Part shown: one piece after another, positions 50,430-62,560 of the stretch
Layout of the letters: each line of letters begins with the position of its first letter
Numbering within the stretch: the first letter of the stretch is position 1
NCBI RefSeq assembly: GCF_006345805.1
Contig: NC_042998.1
Span: 204,042,001 to 204,106,000 of the forward strand
Direction of reading: 5' to 3'
Length of the DNA: 64,000 nt
Source of the DNA: Octopus sinensis
Taxonomy: Eukaryota
Notes under the pieces: generated by a model
Told to the model about the DNA's origin: nothing
The model's database searches: none
Seen by the model: only the letters and a program-made list of their open reading frames with translations
Program-made: the position numbers and the translations under genes

Positions 50430-51015
50430 CATTTATTACCTTTGCACAGTTTCTAACGCTGGAGATGTACTACGTAATCACCTGTTCACTACCAGTGATC
50501 TAAAGTAACACCTGTTATTTTCGGGCAGAAGTACTCTTTTCTGCAAGTACTCCGCCCTTATTGCAACCCTTATTTGTTCCATGGAATTTTCGTTGTTCCC
50601 AGGGCTCCGACAATTATTGATACTACTGCTACCTATTTCATCGACCACAACTGTGTAACCTCCCAAGCTAACTTGTCATATCTATCGACTTTTCTTTCTT
50701 CCTTATCGTATACCTTGTTGTCAGCTGGGCATGCTATACCTATGATCCAGCATCGTTTTCTTTCTTTCTCAATTAACACTGACTGTCTTCCTATTCTTTA
50801 TCTCATGGTCGCACCGAATCATAACATCCCATAGGATCTCTGCATTATCATTTTCGATGATGACTTCGGGTTTATGTTCGTACCACTTTTTTTGTTCTAT
50901 CAGGTTCATACTTGTTGCAAAGTGTCCAATGGACAATCTTGCTATATTGTCATGATGTCTCTCATATTCTTTCTGGGCTAGTGGCGTACATTGAATTGTA
51001 ATATTCCATACGGAA
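50430..51015 (-). pseudogene. Older R4/Dong-like C-terminal fragment
   Basis: CTPLAQKEYERHHDNIA...WYEHKPEVIIENDNAEILWD and IIVGALG; followed on the minus strand by (CAA)n(TAA)n. Confidence 0.75.
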
Positions 51016-51619
51016 GTTCCTGTCGCCAACATACTGAACAATATCATTTTTGTTTTCTTTAAAACATATATATACATATCCACACACACATGTATATAGA
51101 AAATACACTTTAATTGAAATGAAGTTTCTCAAAAATTAAACATGTCTAATATAAGGAATATCAGTGTGCCATGCCTTTCCAACTTAAATAAAGCCTTTCT
51201 TCTGAGAGCACAGGGCCTCAAATTTTGGGGGAAGGGATTACAATGACCCCAGTACGTAACTGGTACTAATTTTATTGACCCCGAAAGGATGAAATGTTTT
51301 CATACGATTTGTAATCTAAAGTTTAACTCCGTGAGTAAATTAAACACATTCCGGGCCGAATCCGAACCTGCAATCCTGAAATTTTGGATTCCTATGTTTT
51401 CATGACTTCGATTTTTTTTTTTCTTACATGATTTTTTTGCGACGAATCTGATCATGATTGGGATATGACTCTGGAGGAAGCAACTGCAACAAATTCTCCA
51501 AAACAAGTCAGAGATCTGTTTTCAGATCTTCCCATTCTGGGTCAGTTGCTTAAAAGCCATACACTAGCTTAAAAACCGCCCTGTAGGTTGGCTGGTACAT
51601 ACGTATAAATCGAGCCTCT

Positions 51620-51755
51620 ACCGAGCTTATTCACAAGGGTTTGGTCGGTACGAGGCTATAGTAGAAAATACTTGCCTAAGGTGCCACGCAGTGGGACTGA
51701 ACCCGGAACCATGTAGTTGGGAAACAAACTGCTTACCATGCAGCTACGCCTGTGT
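51620..51755 (-). mobile_element. SINE family A 5' half
   Basis: ggctatagtagaaaatacttgcctaaggtgccacgcagtgggactgaacccggaacc. Confidence 0.85.
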
Positions 51756-52014
51756 CTTTATGAAAGACTTACCAAAATTGCAGCGATGGAGCTTCTGTTT
51801 CTTTACTAGAAACCAATTCCTTCCTTCCCAAAAGAATCCCAATAAATAACATAGCGAATGCCTTCATATTCAAACGCATTTGTTGCGTAGGAGAGTAGTT
51901 ATGTCTTTTTATCACGATCATAATTCTCTCATTCCATTTTATCTCCGACAAAACCTCTCACCATTATGATAATATCTATGTAAGTGTTACGTCATGTAAG
52001 CATTATATACGTAT

Positions 52015-52080
<66 letters not shown>

Positions 52081-52089
<9 letters not shown>

Positions 52090-52186
52090 AATAGTAAAAA
52101 GTGAAAAAACTACAGAAGGCTTGTTTTAAAGATTAAAGAATATATTTGAGTCATTAGTTTTTTCACTTTTTACTATTTTCTATATA
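52081..52186. repeat. Perfect 32-bp inverted repeat next to (TA)n
   Basis: tatatagaaaatagtaaaaagtgaaaaaacta (52081-52112) / 52155-52186. Confidence 0.9.
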
Positions 52187-52863
52187 TCCAACCACATGCT
52201 TTCACACACCAACTTTCTCACCTATATATATATATAGTGTATACGTCAAGAAGACTATATATTGTATGACTAATATATAGTCTTCTTGACTAATTTATTT
52301 GCACGTTAGACCACTGGAAATGTAAATTTTGATTGAATGTTTTAATTTTAATTAAATTCCAGTTCCCTTTGACATGATTATATATATATATATATATATA
52401 TATATAACATATATATATACATCAGCTGGTAGACATTACGGTGTATCTATTTATTCAGAAGTATTAGAAACTATTAGAAGAGCACAGACCCATGTAGTAA
52501 CTATGTGTTACATACACGTGTATTAATTAATATTACAGGAAAGAGTATAATATCAGTTCCTTACGGCCGTTTCTGCCAAGAGGCAACGAAATTTTCCATA
52601 CTATCTCCATCTCTTCGGTGTTCTGTAAGGATGGGCAGATAAAGGTTGGATGATGAGTATGTCTCTAGGCTTCTTCAGAGGGTCTAAATGGTTATGTGGG
52701 CTTCCCAACCTCTAACTCTCACATAAATGTGTGTGTGTGTGTGTGTGTGTGGGTGTGTGCGTGTGTATTGTATATATATATATATAATATATATATATAT
52801 ATATAAAATATTATTGGTGAATTGAAGAAATGGAGCTGAACGCAGATTGAACAGAAATCGTTT

Positions 52864-52951
52864 TTTCATTCTACACGTGTTCGAAAGGCACAATTTACCA
52901 AAATCCGATTGAATAATGGGACCATATTGTGTCTTTCTCTTCAGGAAGAAA
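52864..52951 (-). ncRNA. Type I hammerhead motif in the PLE left arm (intact CUGAAGA, GAAA short one A)
   Basis: Minus strand tttcttc-CTGAAGA-gaaagacacaat...attgtgcctttc-GAA-cacgt-GTA-gaatgaaa. Confidence 0.6.
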
Positions 52952-53591
52952 TAGGAAATCCGTTGAAAAAAACAAAAACAGAACAGAGGCGGAGCAAAAC
53001 AAATCGAACTAGGCTCCTAAGAGCCCATGGCGAAACTGTTTATCAGTGTATGTGAGAGAACCGGTGGCTGAAGAATTTAACGGGTCAGGCATCGGTCAAT
53101 CATGTGGGTGAGGGTGTGTAGATGTTCTTTGTGACCGAGAATAAAGTTCTGACTATTTAAGGAATATTGGATGTTTTATAAGGGGCGAGAAAAAATCTAC
53201 TTAGAGACATGTGTGTGTATACTGTTCTATATATGTGTGTGCTGGCGTAGGGGTAGAAAACATTTTTTTTTTTTTTTTTTTTATACGTGTGTGCGTTTGA
53301 TCGTTCGGCTGTCAGTGGCTACTGCAGTGAGAACCGTTGGGTGGCAGAAAAAAAATATATATTATGTTTTATGTGTGTGTGTGTTCATCTAAGCCTGCCT
53401 TGTCAAGGAAACCCCCCGTTGTGAAAAAACCAAGCCCCGTTTATCTTACAGGAGTAATTCCCCTTGCAGTGGTTAATCGTAGATATCTTAAAGGCTATTT
53501 CAGAATTTGTTACCAAGGGCTATGGGTACCGGTATTATTTATAAACGCTATTTAAAAGCCAGATAAGTGTAACGCCGCCAATGGGGGCATC

Positions 53592-53993
53592 CAGAATAAG
53601 ATTCACGTCGGCGAACTCCAAGATCAAAAACGCCGTCTACCAATGCAAGGTTTACACGGACTCAGATGTCTTCACTTATGTAGGGGCCTCATCCTCAAGA
53701 TTGTCTTTGCGAGTCTCCAACCATTACGCAACTTTTCGGGACATGAACAAGCGCCAGACCACGGGACTCAGTAAGCTAATATGGCGACTGAAGGATACGA
53801 ACTTAAGCTACAGGCTGGAATGGTCAATTTTGTCGGTGGCCCTCCCATTTGATAGGGGCAGAAGGCAGTGCAACCTTTGTGTCTCCGAACTCTCCATATT
53901 TTGTTTGCCAGAGGCCGGATGGTGAACGGGCTTTTACAGTCGGCTTTTCGATGCCCCCATTGGCGGCGTTACACTTATCTGGCTTTTAAATAG
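53592..53993 (+). pseudogene. GIY-YIG endonuclease C-terminal fragment of a Penelope-like element (Naiad-like signature), one frameshift
   Basis: VYQC...YVG...RVSNH...LSKLIWRLK...WSIL...CNLC (ORF 53581-53925); shifted continuation MVNGLLQSAFRCPHWRRYTYLAFK* ends at 53993. Confidence 0.8.
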
Positions 53994-54577
53994 CGTTTAT
54001 AAATAATACCGGCACCCATAGCCCTTGGTAACAAATTCTGAAATAGCCTTAAGATATCTACGATTAACCACTGCAAGGGGAATTACTCCTGTAAGATAAA
54101 CGGGGCTTGGTTTTTTCACAACGGGGGGTTTCTTGACAAGGCAGGCTTAGATGAACACACACACATTAAAACATAATATTTATTTTTTTCTGCCACCCGA
54201 CGGTTCTCACTGCAGTAGCCACTGACAGCCGAACGATCAAACGCACACACGTACACAAAAAAAAAAAAAAAATGTTTTCTACCCCTACGCCAGCACACAC
54301 ATATATAGAACAGTATACACACACATGTCTCTAAGTAGATTTTTCTCGCCCCTTATAAAACATCCAATATTCTTTAAATAGTCAGAACTTTATTCTCGGT
54401 CACAAAGAACATCTATACACCCTCACCCACATGATTGACCGATGCCTGACCCGTTAAATTCTTCAGCCACCGGTCTCAACATACACTGATAAACAGTTTC
54501 GCCATGGGCTCTTAGGAGCCTAGTTCGATTTGTTTGCTCCGCCTTGTTTCTGTTTTGTTTTTCCAACGGATTTCCTA

Positions 54578-54668
54578 TTTCTTCTGAGAGAGAGAAAGAC
54601 ACAATATGGTCCATATTCAATCGGATTTTGGTAAATTGTGCCTTTCGAAACACGTGTAGAATGAAATA
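54578..54668 (+). ncRNA. Type I hammerhead motif in the PLE right arm (core with small insertion)
   Basis: tttctt-ctgagagaga-gaaagacacaat...attgtgcctttc-GAAA-cacgt-GTA(54656-54658)-gaatgaaa. Confidence 0.6.
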
Positions 54669-54869
54669 AAACGATTTCTGTTCAATCTGCGTTCAGCTCC
54701 ATTTCTTCAATTCACCAATAATATTTTAATTTCAATTATCCGCACCAACGCTCGGTTGCAACACCATATGGTTGTACCTCCAACCGTGCTGTTTACTGCT
54801 GTGATTTTGCTACCAAGGTATCGGTTAAACTTTTGATTAATCTACTACAAGATTATTCATCTTTCTATT

Positions 54870-55027
54870 TCACATATATATAATATATATATATATATAT
54901 AATATATATATTATATATATAATATATATATATATATACATATTATATATAATACATATATATATATACATATATATATATATTATATATATAATATACA
55001 TTGTATATTAAACATTTGTATATATAC

Positions 55028-55064
<37 letters not shown>

Positions 55065-55098
55065 CTTACCTACATAATATATTTAAAGGTGTATGTAA

Positions 55099-55132
<34 letters not shown>

Positions 55133-55176
55133 CATGTATTTATGTATGTATGTATGTATGTATGTATGTATGTATG

Positions 55177-55205
<29 letters not shown>
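54870..55205 (+). repeat. (TA)n / (TATG)n cluster
   Basis: Direct reading. Confidence 0.9.
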
Positions 55206-55207
<2 letters not shown>

Positions 55208-55728
55208 TATTATATTACATTATATCACGTAATATGTATTATGTGTATACATATATACTTACATATGTACATTTGAAATATACGTACGCATATAGGTATA
55301 TTTCTTCCATTTGCTGTGGTCACTATAGCAGAAATAAAACAGACAGCAAAACAAAAACAAAATAAATATGATTGATTTGTCAAAACGTTCACCTAAAACG
55401 ATTCTCCTTATCTGTAGGCGTGCATAGTTATTTTCGCTATAATTCTGTGAAATTCATAGCGTTTGTTGGCGGAATCTCCGCGATCTCTGGGTGTTCTACC
55501 CTGTCAACTGATCGTTGTAAAAGTAATAGAGATCATCAAAGAATATATAATTGATTCGATTAAAGACACACACGACATCTAGGCACCACCATCAAACTGA
55601 CAGTGAATATTTATCTAGCTGCCGATTCCAATCTCATTATCTGCCAAATCGGGAATTACTTCAAGGCCCTCACCATTTTCACTGTAATATTGCTATCGCA
55701 TTCTGCTAAACATACAGCTTATTCCATA

Positions 55729-56858
55729 CGAGACGATATCAAAAAGCTCCAGGACTAGTTCTGTAGCGCGCCAATAGATGGCAGCACACGGTTGCGTGTG
55801 CAATGAAAGCCAGCAATGACCTTCATGAGGCAGTGTGCCGAATGACATCGCCGTGTTTACTTCACAAGTTCTGAAATTTGTGCCTTTGTGATCCAGTATA
55901 TGTTGTAGTCTGCGTTTTTTGTTCTGGGCAGGAGGCTGGAACAAAGAACCAACGGGAAATTTTGCGTAAAACTTGGGAAGTCTGCTACAGAGAAATTGAG
56001 CATATCAATTCCTCCCCCAGGGCCAGACCATCAATTTGTCCCCCAGGGTCAGACCATCAATTCCTCCCCCCGGGCCAGACCATCAATTTGTCCCCCAGGG
56101 ACAGACCATCAATTCCTCCCCCAGGGCCAGACCAGCAATTCCTCCCCCAGGGCCAGACCATCAATTCCTCCCCCAGAGCCAGACCATCAATTCCTCACCC
56201 AGGGCCAGACCATCAATTTGTCCCCCAGAGTCAGACATCAATTCCTCCCCCAGGGCCAGACCATCAATTCCTCCCCCAGGGCCAGACGATCAATTTGTCC
56301 CCCAGGGTCAGACCATCAATTCCTCCCCCAGGATCAGACCATCAATTTGTCCCCCAGGGCCAGACCATCAATTCCTCCCCCAGGGCCAGACCATCAATTC
56401 CTCCCCCAGGGCCAGACCGTCAATCGAGAGTTTTACTGCGATGATTTGAAGCTTTTGAAGGAGGGCGTTCGGCGAAGGCGACCGGATGTGTGGAGCGTGA
56501 AGAATTGGATTCTTCACGACGACAATGCACCCTGTCACTGACCCCTTACTCGCTCGTGCGTTTCTTGCTAAAATGCTTCCAAATCCATCATATTTACCAG
56601 GTTTACCACTTGCAGATTCCCGTCACTTCCCCAAGATGAAAATCCAATTCAAAGGTCGCTGTTTTAACACCGTTGTCGAGATCCAGTTCGAATCACGGAA
56701 AACTACTTCCAAACCAGATTCCAAAAGTGACAGGAAAGCTGGGACCGTGGCATTGCTGCGCAAGGTGACTATTTCGAAGGAGATGATGTTAAAACGTAAG
56801 TAAATAAGTTAGGTTTTGTCAAGCATAACTAATCCGGAAACTTTTTGATACCGACTCG
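55729..56858 (+). mobile_element. Internally deleted mariner (DD34D) carrying an internal 26-bp minisatellite
   Basis: TIRs ta-cgagacgatatcaaaaagctccagga / tccggaaactttttgataccgactcg-ta. EQRTNGKFCVKLGKSATE joined to HQFLPQGQTVNREFY...WILHDDNAPCH. Confidence 0.88.
56003..56417 (+). repeat. 16 x 26-bp tandem repeat (catcaattcctcccccagggccagac)
   Basis: Counted directly; 415 bp = 16 x 26 - 1. Confidence 0.95.
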
Positions 56859-56934
56859 TAAGTTTGAATACAGTATGCGTAAACCATTCTATAATAATAG
56901 TTATGTGTTTGTGAGTGTATATATAGATAACCAC

Positions 56935-57105
56935 ATGTGAATCGTTGGCAATTTTCTTCCTCTGTCTTCCCTTCTATTGGACTTTCCGAAGAAGAGCGTC
57001 TTCTCGAAACATTAAACCATCTTTCTTTCATTTCCTGCTAATACATTACATATACCACGTCCTCGCGTTGTTGTTTTTTGTGTTTGTTCTTTTTGGATTT
57101 ACTAT
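56935..57105 (+). mobile_element. Family D short element with minimal hammerhead-like motif
   Basis: ttt-ccgaaga-a-gag cgtctt ctc-gaaac-att-aaa at 56983-57017. Confidence 0.55.
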
Positions 57106-57119
57106 ATATATATGTGTGT

Positions 57120-57164
57120 GTATGTATGTATGTATGTATGTATGTATGTATATATGTATGTATC

Positions 57165-57195
<31 letters not shown>

Positions 57196-57197
57196 TG

Positions 57198-57228
<31 letters not shown>

Positions 57229-57416
57229 GTATGTATGTAAGTATGTTTGTATATGTGTGTGTGTATGTATGTATGTGTGAATGTATGTATGTATTATGTA
57301 TGTATTATGTATGTATGGATGTATGGATGTATGTATGTATGTGTGTGTGTATGTATGTATGCATGTATAAATATATATATATAAATACATACATATATGT
57401 GTGTGTAAATATATGT

Positions 57417-57469
<53 letters not shown>

Positions 57470-57510
57470 CATAAATTTTATATATATATACATACATATA
57501 CATCTATATA
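57120..57510 (+). repeat. (TATG)/(TA)/(CA) cluster
   Basis: Direct reading. Confidence 0.9.
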
Positions 57511-57514
57511 TACA

Positions 57515-58040
57515 CAGACAAGGCAGAAGTAAATAGACACGCCATAAAACATCGTTTATGTTTATTCTAACGTGTAAAGGTTTATATTTTTATTTCTATA
57601 TTTTTATTAATTGACATTTTTTATGCTTCAGCTTTTATATGTGATCGTTTAATTATGCCATTACGAAAGAAGCCTTGGAATTGTCTGAATTTCAAAGAGG
57701 CCGTATTGTGGTCATTCGGTGGTCATAGCCAGCGTAAAATCGCAGAAAACCTTGGGATCCCACTTTCTACAGTTAAAAGAGTGATAGTGCAATTCGCCAG
57801 AGAGGAGAAGGAGTCCACATTACCTCGCCCAGATCAATTAGGCCCTTCTGACAGGACTCTTCCCTTTGATAAGAGAAGTGTGCAAAGCCTCTGACACAGC
57901 AGAACAAGTTAATATCAGTCCCAGAACAGCTGTCGGGTATCTCTCCAGATTTGATTACTATGGCAGAGCAGCAAGAAGGGAGTCACTCCTTCGACCAGCC
58001 AACATCAAACGGAGAAAAGATCGGGCCAATGAGTTCATTA
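57515..58040 (+). mobile_element. Tc1-like 5' fragment (paired HTH region)
   Basis: GHSQRKIAENLGIPLSTVKRVI; SPRTAVGYL...GRAARRESLLRPANIKRRKDRA. Confidence 0.7.
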
Positions 58041-58496
58041 TGCCATGTGAGCAGTATCTGATGATTGTACTAAGACACTAGATGTGTTAAGAAACACTGC
58101 TCGGTATGTTCTCGGGATATGAAACTAATAGCAGTTCATAAAAAAACATACTGTGCTTATTAAATAATATTTATCGATCACCTGGTAGATTACTTTTTTG
58201 TTATACATAACTGATAAAGGAAACGGAAGATGAATTTTGTACGTATCTTTATCCAGTGCGACAGTCGCTTCGACCCATCCTGCATCTGTCCCATGGAGGT
58301 ATCTAGTTGCATCAATCAGTGCAGGCTGTGTCACTTCAGATGCTTGGTACAGAAAAAGATGTCCCATGAGTTCCTCTTGACATGTTGTTCTCGCTAGTTA
58401 TACATTGGTACACTAACAGAGGGTAGGACAGGTTTGGGGTTGTAACCGGCGAATGGTACAAATAGACATATACCCAAAGTCCAAGTAGTTACGTAT

Positions 58497-58529
<33 letters not shown>

Positions 58530-58532
<3 letters not shown>

Positions 58533-58877
58533 CGCAGGAAGGGCTAGTTCGACGAGTCGTATTCTGTCCTCACCTTCGAAACACGCATGGAGTCGTACTA
58601 GGGACAGCTGATGAAGGGGAATTTTCCTTGTGTTGTTTGTCTTGTACTCTGTTTTTTCATTGTTTAAAAAAGGTCTGTTTCCCTGTTTGTTTTTACGTTT
58701 TCGTTTCTCGTTGAGTTCTACGTCTATTTGTGGTGTATATATATTTATATATGCATGTATATATACATGTAGATGTAGGTACGTACATATATGTTTGTAT
58801 GTATGCATATATTTTATTTATTACACTATTGTATGACTGAGCGCCCTCGCGTCGTTTCGTTTCGTTTCCTCCAAGAA

Positions 58878-58880
<3 letters not shown>
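58530..58880 (+). mobile_element. Family F short interspersed repeat
   Basis: Matches 34480-34875 and, reverse-complemented, 22920-23230. Confidence 0.8.
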
Positions 58881-58919
<39 letters not shown>

Positions 58920-58936
58920 GTTTACGGGGTTAAGCT

Positions 58937-59100
58937 GGTTTTCACGTCCATAAAGCGCTCAGCTTTACTGCATTTCTTCAGACCCTAAACCTCTTTAGCA
59001 AGTGACCTCTCTAGAGTTTTTTCCAGAGAGGCCACTTGCTAGAGAGGCTACAGGCCAACGGGTTTAGAGTCTAAAGAAATGCCGTAAGGACGTGAAATCC
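58937..59100. repeat. Nested foldback (outer ~40-bp arms plus inner 22-bp hairpin)
   Basis: ctctttagcaagtgacctctct / agagaggccacttgctagagag, enclosed by ggttttcacgtcc...ccctaaacc / ggtttagagtc...ggacgtgaaatcc. Confidence 0.75.
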
Positions 59101-59194
59101 AGGGTAATCCCACAGACCAGCCATTTCTATCTTTATATACTCTACAACTTAGAGTCTGCTTCTTTTTCGGATTTATGTTTACTGACGATATACA

Positions 59195-59240
<46 letters not shown>

Positions 59241-59254
59241 TGCGTGTAAAAATA

Positions 59255-59429
59255 TAGGAGTGGCTGTGTGGTAAGTAGCTTGTTTACCAACCACATGGTT
59301 CCGGGTTCAGTCCCACTGCGTGGCATCTTGGGAAGTGTCTTCTACTATAGCCTCGGGCCGACCAAAGCCTTGTGAGTGGATTTGGTAGACGGAAACTGAA
59401 AGAAGCCTGTCGTATATATGTATATATAT

Positions 59430-59495
<66 letters not shown>

Positions 59496-59720
59496 TGTGT
59501 ATGTTTGTGTGCCTGTGTTTGCCCCCCCTAGCATTGCTTAACAACCGATGCTGGTGTGTTTATGTACCCGTTACTTAGCGGTTTGGCAAAAGAGACCGAT
59601 AGAATAAGTACTGGGCTTACAAAAGAATAAGTCCTGGGGTCGAGTTGCTCGATTAAAGGCGGTGCTCCAGCATGGCCGCAGTCAAATGACTGAAACAAGC
59701 AAAAGAATAAAAGAGTAAAA
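59255..59720 (+). mobile_element. SINE family A, near full length
   Basis: ggagtggctgtgtggtaag...(TA)n...gaaacaagcaaaagaataaaagag. Confidence 0.9.
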
Positions 59721-60151
59721 GAGTATATATATATATATATTGTTTGTCCTAATGTTATTCTTCCTACACAGTCACAGCACCATTCCCTCACGGTCCTCCC
59801 ATTGCACTCACCTCTGACCGTCGATGCTCAACCAATTCCAAACGACTGTCTTCCACTTTATACCTTTCTATCGCCTTCCTTCACATTTTCTATCTAAACG
59901 TAAACATCTTTTATATTTCTTTATTGCTCCCCTCCCACCTCAACCGCCGCCGCCGCCACCGCCACCACCGCCACCGCCACCTCAATTCCATCTCAGAATA
60001 TAATCATTCTCACACTCTGATAATTCCGAAACCTGAACACCAGGCTCGCGTTACTCGCCAAACACTTGACGTCAACATTATCTCCCCTTCACTCACTCAT
60101 GGCGATGACCTCGCAAAGGTCAGCAGATTGCAAACAATTCAATTCTCCTTC

Positions 60152-60157
<6 letters not shown>

Positions 60158-60226
<69 letters not shown>

Positions 60227-60285
60227 TTCACTCTTTCACTCTTGCTCTCTCTCTCTCTCCTCTCTCTCTCTCTATCTATTTATCT
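60158..60285 (+). repeat. (CT)n microsatellite
   Basis: Direct reading. Confidence 0.95.
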
Positions 60286-60299
60286 ATCTGTTGCTTATG

Positions 60300-60571
60300 T
60301 TTTGCTTCTTCCGTCATTAGACTGCGGCCATGCTGGGGCACCGCCATGAAGAAGACCCCAGCACTTATTTTTTAAAAGTCTGATACTTATTCTATCGGTC
60401 GTTATACCGAACCGCTAAGTCACTGCGATGTAAACACACCAGCACCGGGTGTCCAAGTGGTGGTGGAAGGCAAACACGGACACACACACACATACACACA
60501 TGCCCACGCACGCACACACATGCTCACAAACGCATGTAGGCACACACTCACAGACATGCTCACGCACGCAG

Positions 60572-60604
<33 letters not shown>

Positions 60605-60860
60605 CTCACAGACGCACGCAGGCACACACACACACATATGCATACATTATTTCATTGTTTTACATGTTTCAGTCATTTGACTGCGGCCATGCTGGAGCAC
60701 CGCCTTGAAGAGTTTTTAGTGAAACAAATCGAACCCAGGATTTATATTTTATCGGTTGCCTTTGCCGAACTGCAAGGTTACCGGGACGCAAACGCACCAA
60801 CACCGGTCGTGAAGCGGTAATGGATGGACAAACACAGCCATAAAGACACACACATTTAGA
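60300..60860 (-). mobile_element. Two degenerate SINE family A 3' halves separated by (CA)-rich sequence
   Basis: gtcattagactgcggccatgctgggg at ~60312 and gtttcagtcatttgactgcggccatgctggagc at ~60667. Confidence 0.75.
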
Positions 60861-60971
60861 TACATACATACATACATACATACATACATACATACATACA
60901 TACATACATACATACATACGTACGTACGTACGTACGTACATACATACATACATACATACATACATACATAC

Positions 60972-61035
60972 ATGATGGCTGACCCCTCGTTATCGAGTAT
61001 GGCCATTGCACGAAGCTTAACTGTTATTGGTGCCA
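60972..61035 (-). mobile_element. 3' tip of the same RTE family as 16438-16850, abutting (CATA)n
   Basis: atgatggctg.cccctcgttatcgagtatggccattgcacgaagcttaactgtta.tggtgc is shared. Confidence 0.8.
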
Positions 61036-61669
61036 TTCAGTTGAGACTCACAGCACCATCAACAATCAGGAACAATGTTGTTATCGTGCAATGCCTGTGC
61101 AAGAAGATTTTTTTTTAAAGTGAGGAAAGTCTGTGCACTGAGTCAATCCCACTCACTAAGCAACAGCAGCCATAATCCGAAAAGAAGAACAAGTCAACAT
61201 CATCGGTAACCACTGAGCCGCAGGTTTTATATCGGAGTTATCACAGTTACCTGAGTTACCTTCTCCTAGAAGGATGCCCTAACAAAGGCTAGGAGTCCTT
61301 CAATCCCAATGATTTAACCGCGCGATCGGGTATTTAGTCCGATTATTTCTATGTCCCCGCGCATGATACAGCCTTAAGCCTTAAGAGAAAATACACATTT
61401 ATTGGATGGCCGTTGACTCTCAAGAGTTCCTCCGCCCTTTGACGAGTTTTGTTTTTCATCCCACAGAGTGTCTAATAAACACCCTCCTCACCAAGCAAGC
61501 TTGGTGGGGTTGTCAGTTTAGTCGCCGACGGCCCGACCATGCAACAGGTTGTACTGGGTTACATGTTACCAGTAGCACTCAAAAGTGACCTGACATACAT
61601 CATACATACATACATACATACATACATACATACATACATACATACATACATACACACACACATACATAC

Positions 61670-62560
61670 ATTCTTCCCCTGTCTCTCCTTGTCATTTTCT
61701 AGTGGTGGAGGGCATTCCGCTCTAGTATGGCCTTTCAGGCCACACTTATAACATCGCGGAATCCTCTCTTCCACTCTGACCTTTAACGTCGACTCTCCCA
61801 CTGTGATACTTTTGACCATTTCTTCCAAGTTCTCCTCCGCGATCTGTACCACCATTTCAAGGGTTTGTCCCTTCCAATGCTTGTGGGGCGTTCTACTGGT
61901 CTGCTGGACCACCACCTTCTCCTCCATATCCAGCAGTGTGGCAGCCACCAGCCAGGCTACATTCACTTCTGGTGGTTTGTCATCCACCCTAACCCTGGAC
62001 GTACGTCTCCCAAGGTACATTGGTAGAAGTACCACCTCATCCGTCTTCAGCGGTGTTGCCGAGTACAGTCTGGCAGTTGCTATTTCCCTAAACTGCACCT
62101 CCGCCGTTCCATATTTTCGACCCCTGGCAAGGTATGCTATCTCCTTTTCCACCTGTGCTTCAGACACCACTTCAATTTTCCTTGCTGCTGTGGCGTAGGT
62201 TCTGCATGCAATTCTTCTTTCTTCCTTTTTCTTTAATACTTTCTGGGGTGGGGGACACCTTTATATCGCTCCCCTCCCTTTCAAGCATTTCCTTGAACTC
62301 ACAAAACTCTTCAATTTTTTTCTCTAGCCGCCGCTACATAATTCCTTTTCTCCATTTCCTTGTCTATCTTGTTTGAGTATTCAACTAATTCCTCCTCAGA
62401 CGAATCACATTCTAGTGAAGAATACTTTAATTTCTCCCAATTTCTCGCTCGACGCCCCCCCCCCCCATTATACAAGAGGAAAAACGTCGCTCCGCCAGGA
62501 CAGCCAAAAACCACGTGCCTACCTAACAAACCCAGCGATGCAACTGAACAAACATAAACC
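61670..62560 (-). pseudogene. Gag-like LINE ORF1 (L1/Tx1-like) with CCHC zinc knuckle, disrupted
   Basis: ORF 61559-62170 has CYKCGLKGHTRAEC (CX2CX4HX4C); upstream ORF piece 62311-62625; no ORF2 follows. Confidence 0.65.

Larger units (their letters stand above)
52804..54728 (+). mobile_element. 5'-truncated Penelope-like element with an inverted 3'-repeat copy (1.9-kb palindrome)
   Basis: Arms 52804-53591 and 53950-54728; the spacer encodes a GIY-YIG endonuclease; hammerhead motif in each arm. Confidence 0.85.

Noticed and set aside
56003-56417. CRISPR-like array
   Set aside because: Units are directly adjacent with no unique spacers; eukaryotic transposon context.
55878-56541. Three overlapping Pro-rich ORFs
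   Set aside because: Produced by the 26-bp minisatellite cycling through frames inside a dead mariner.
58560-58630. GAAAC...GTA...CTGATGA in family F as a permuted hammerhead (also 34560-34610 and 23100-23150)
   Set aside because: Stem I cannot be formed and stem II is only weak wobble pairs; inconsistent between copies.
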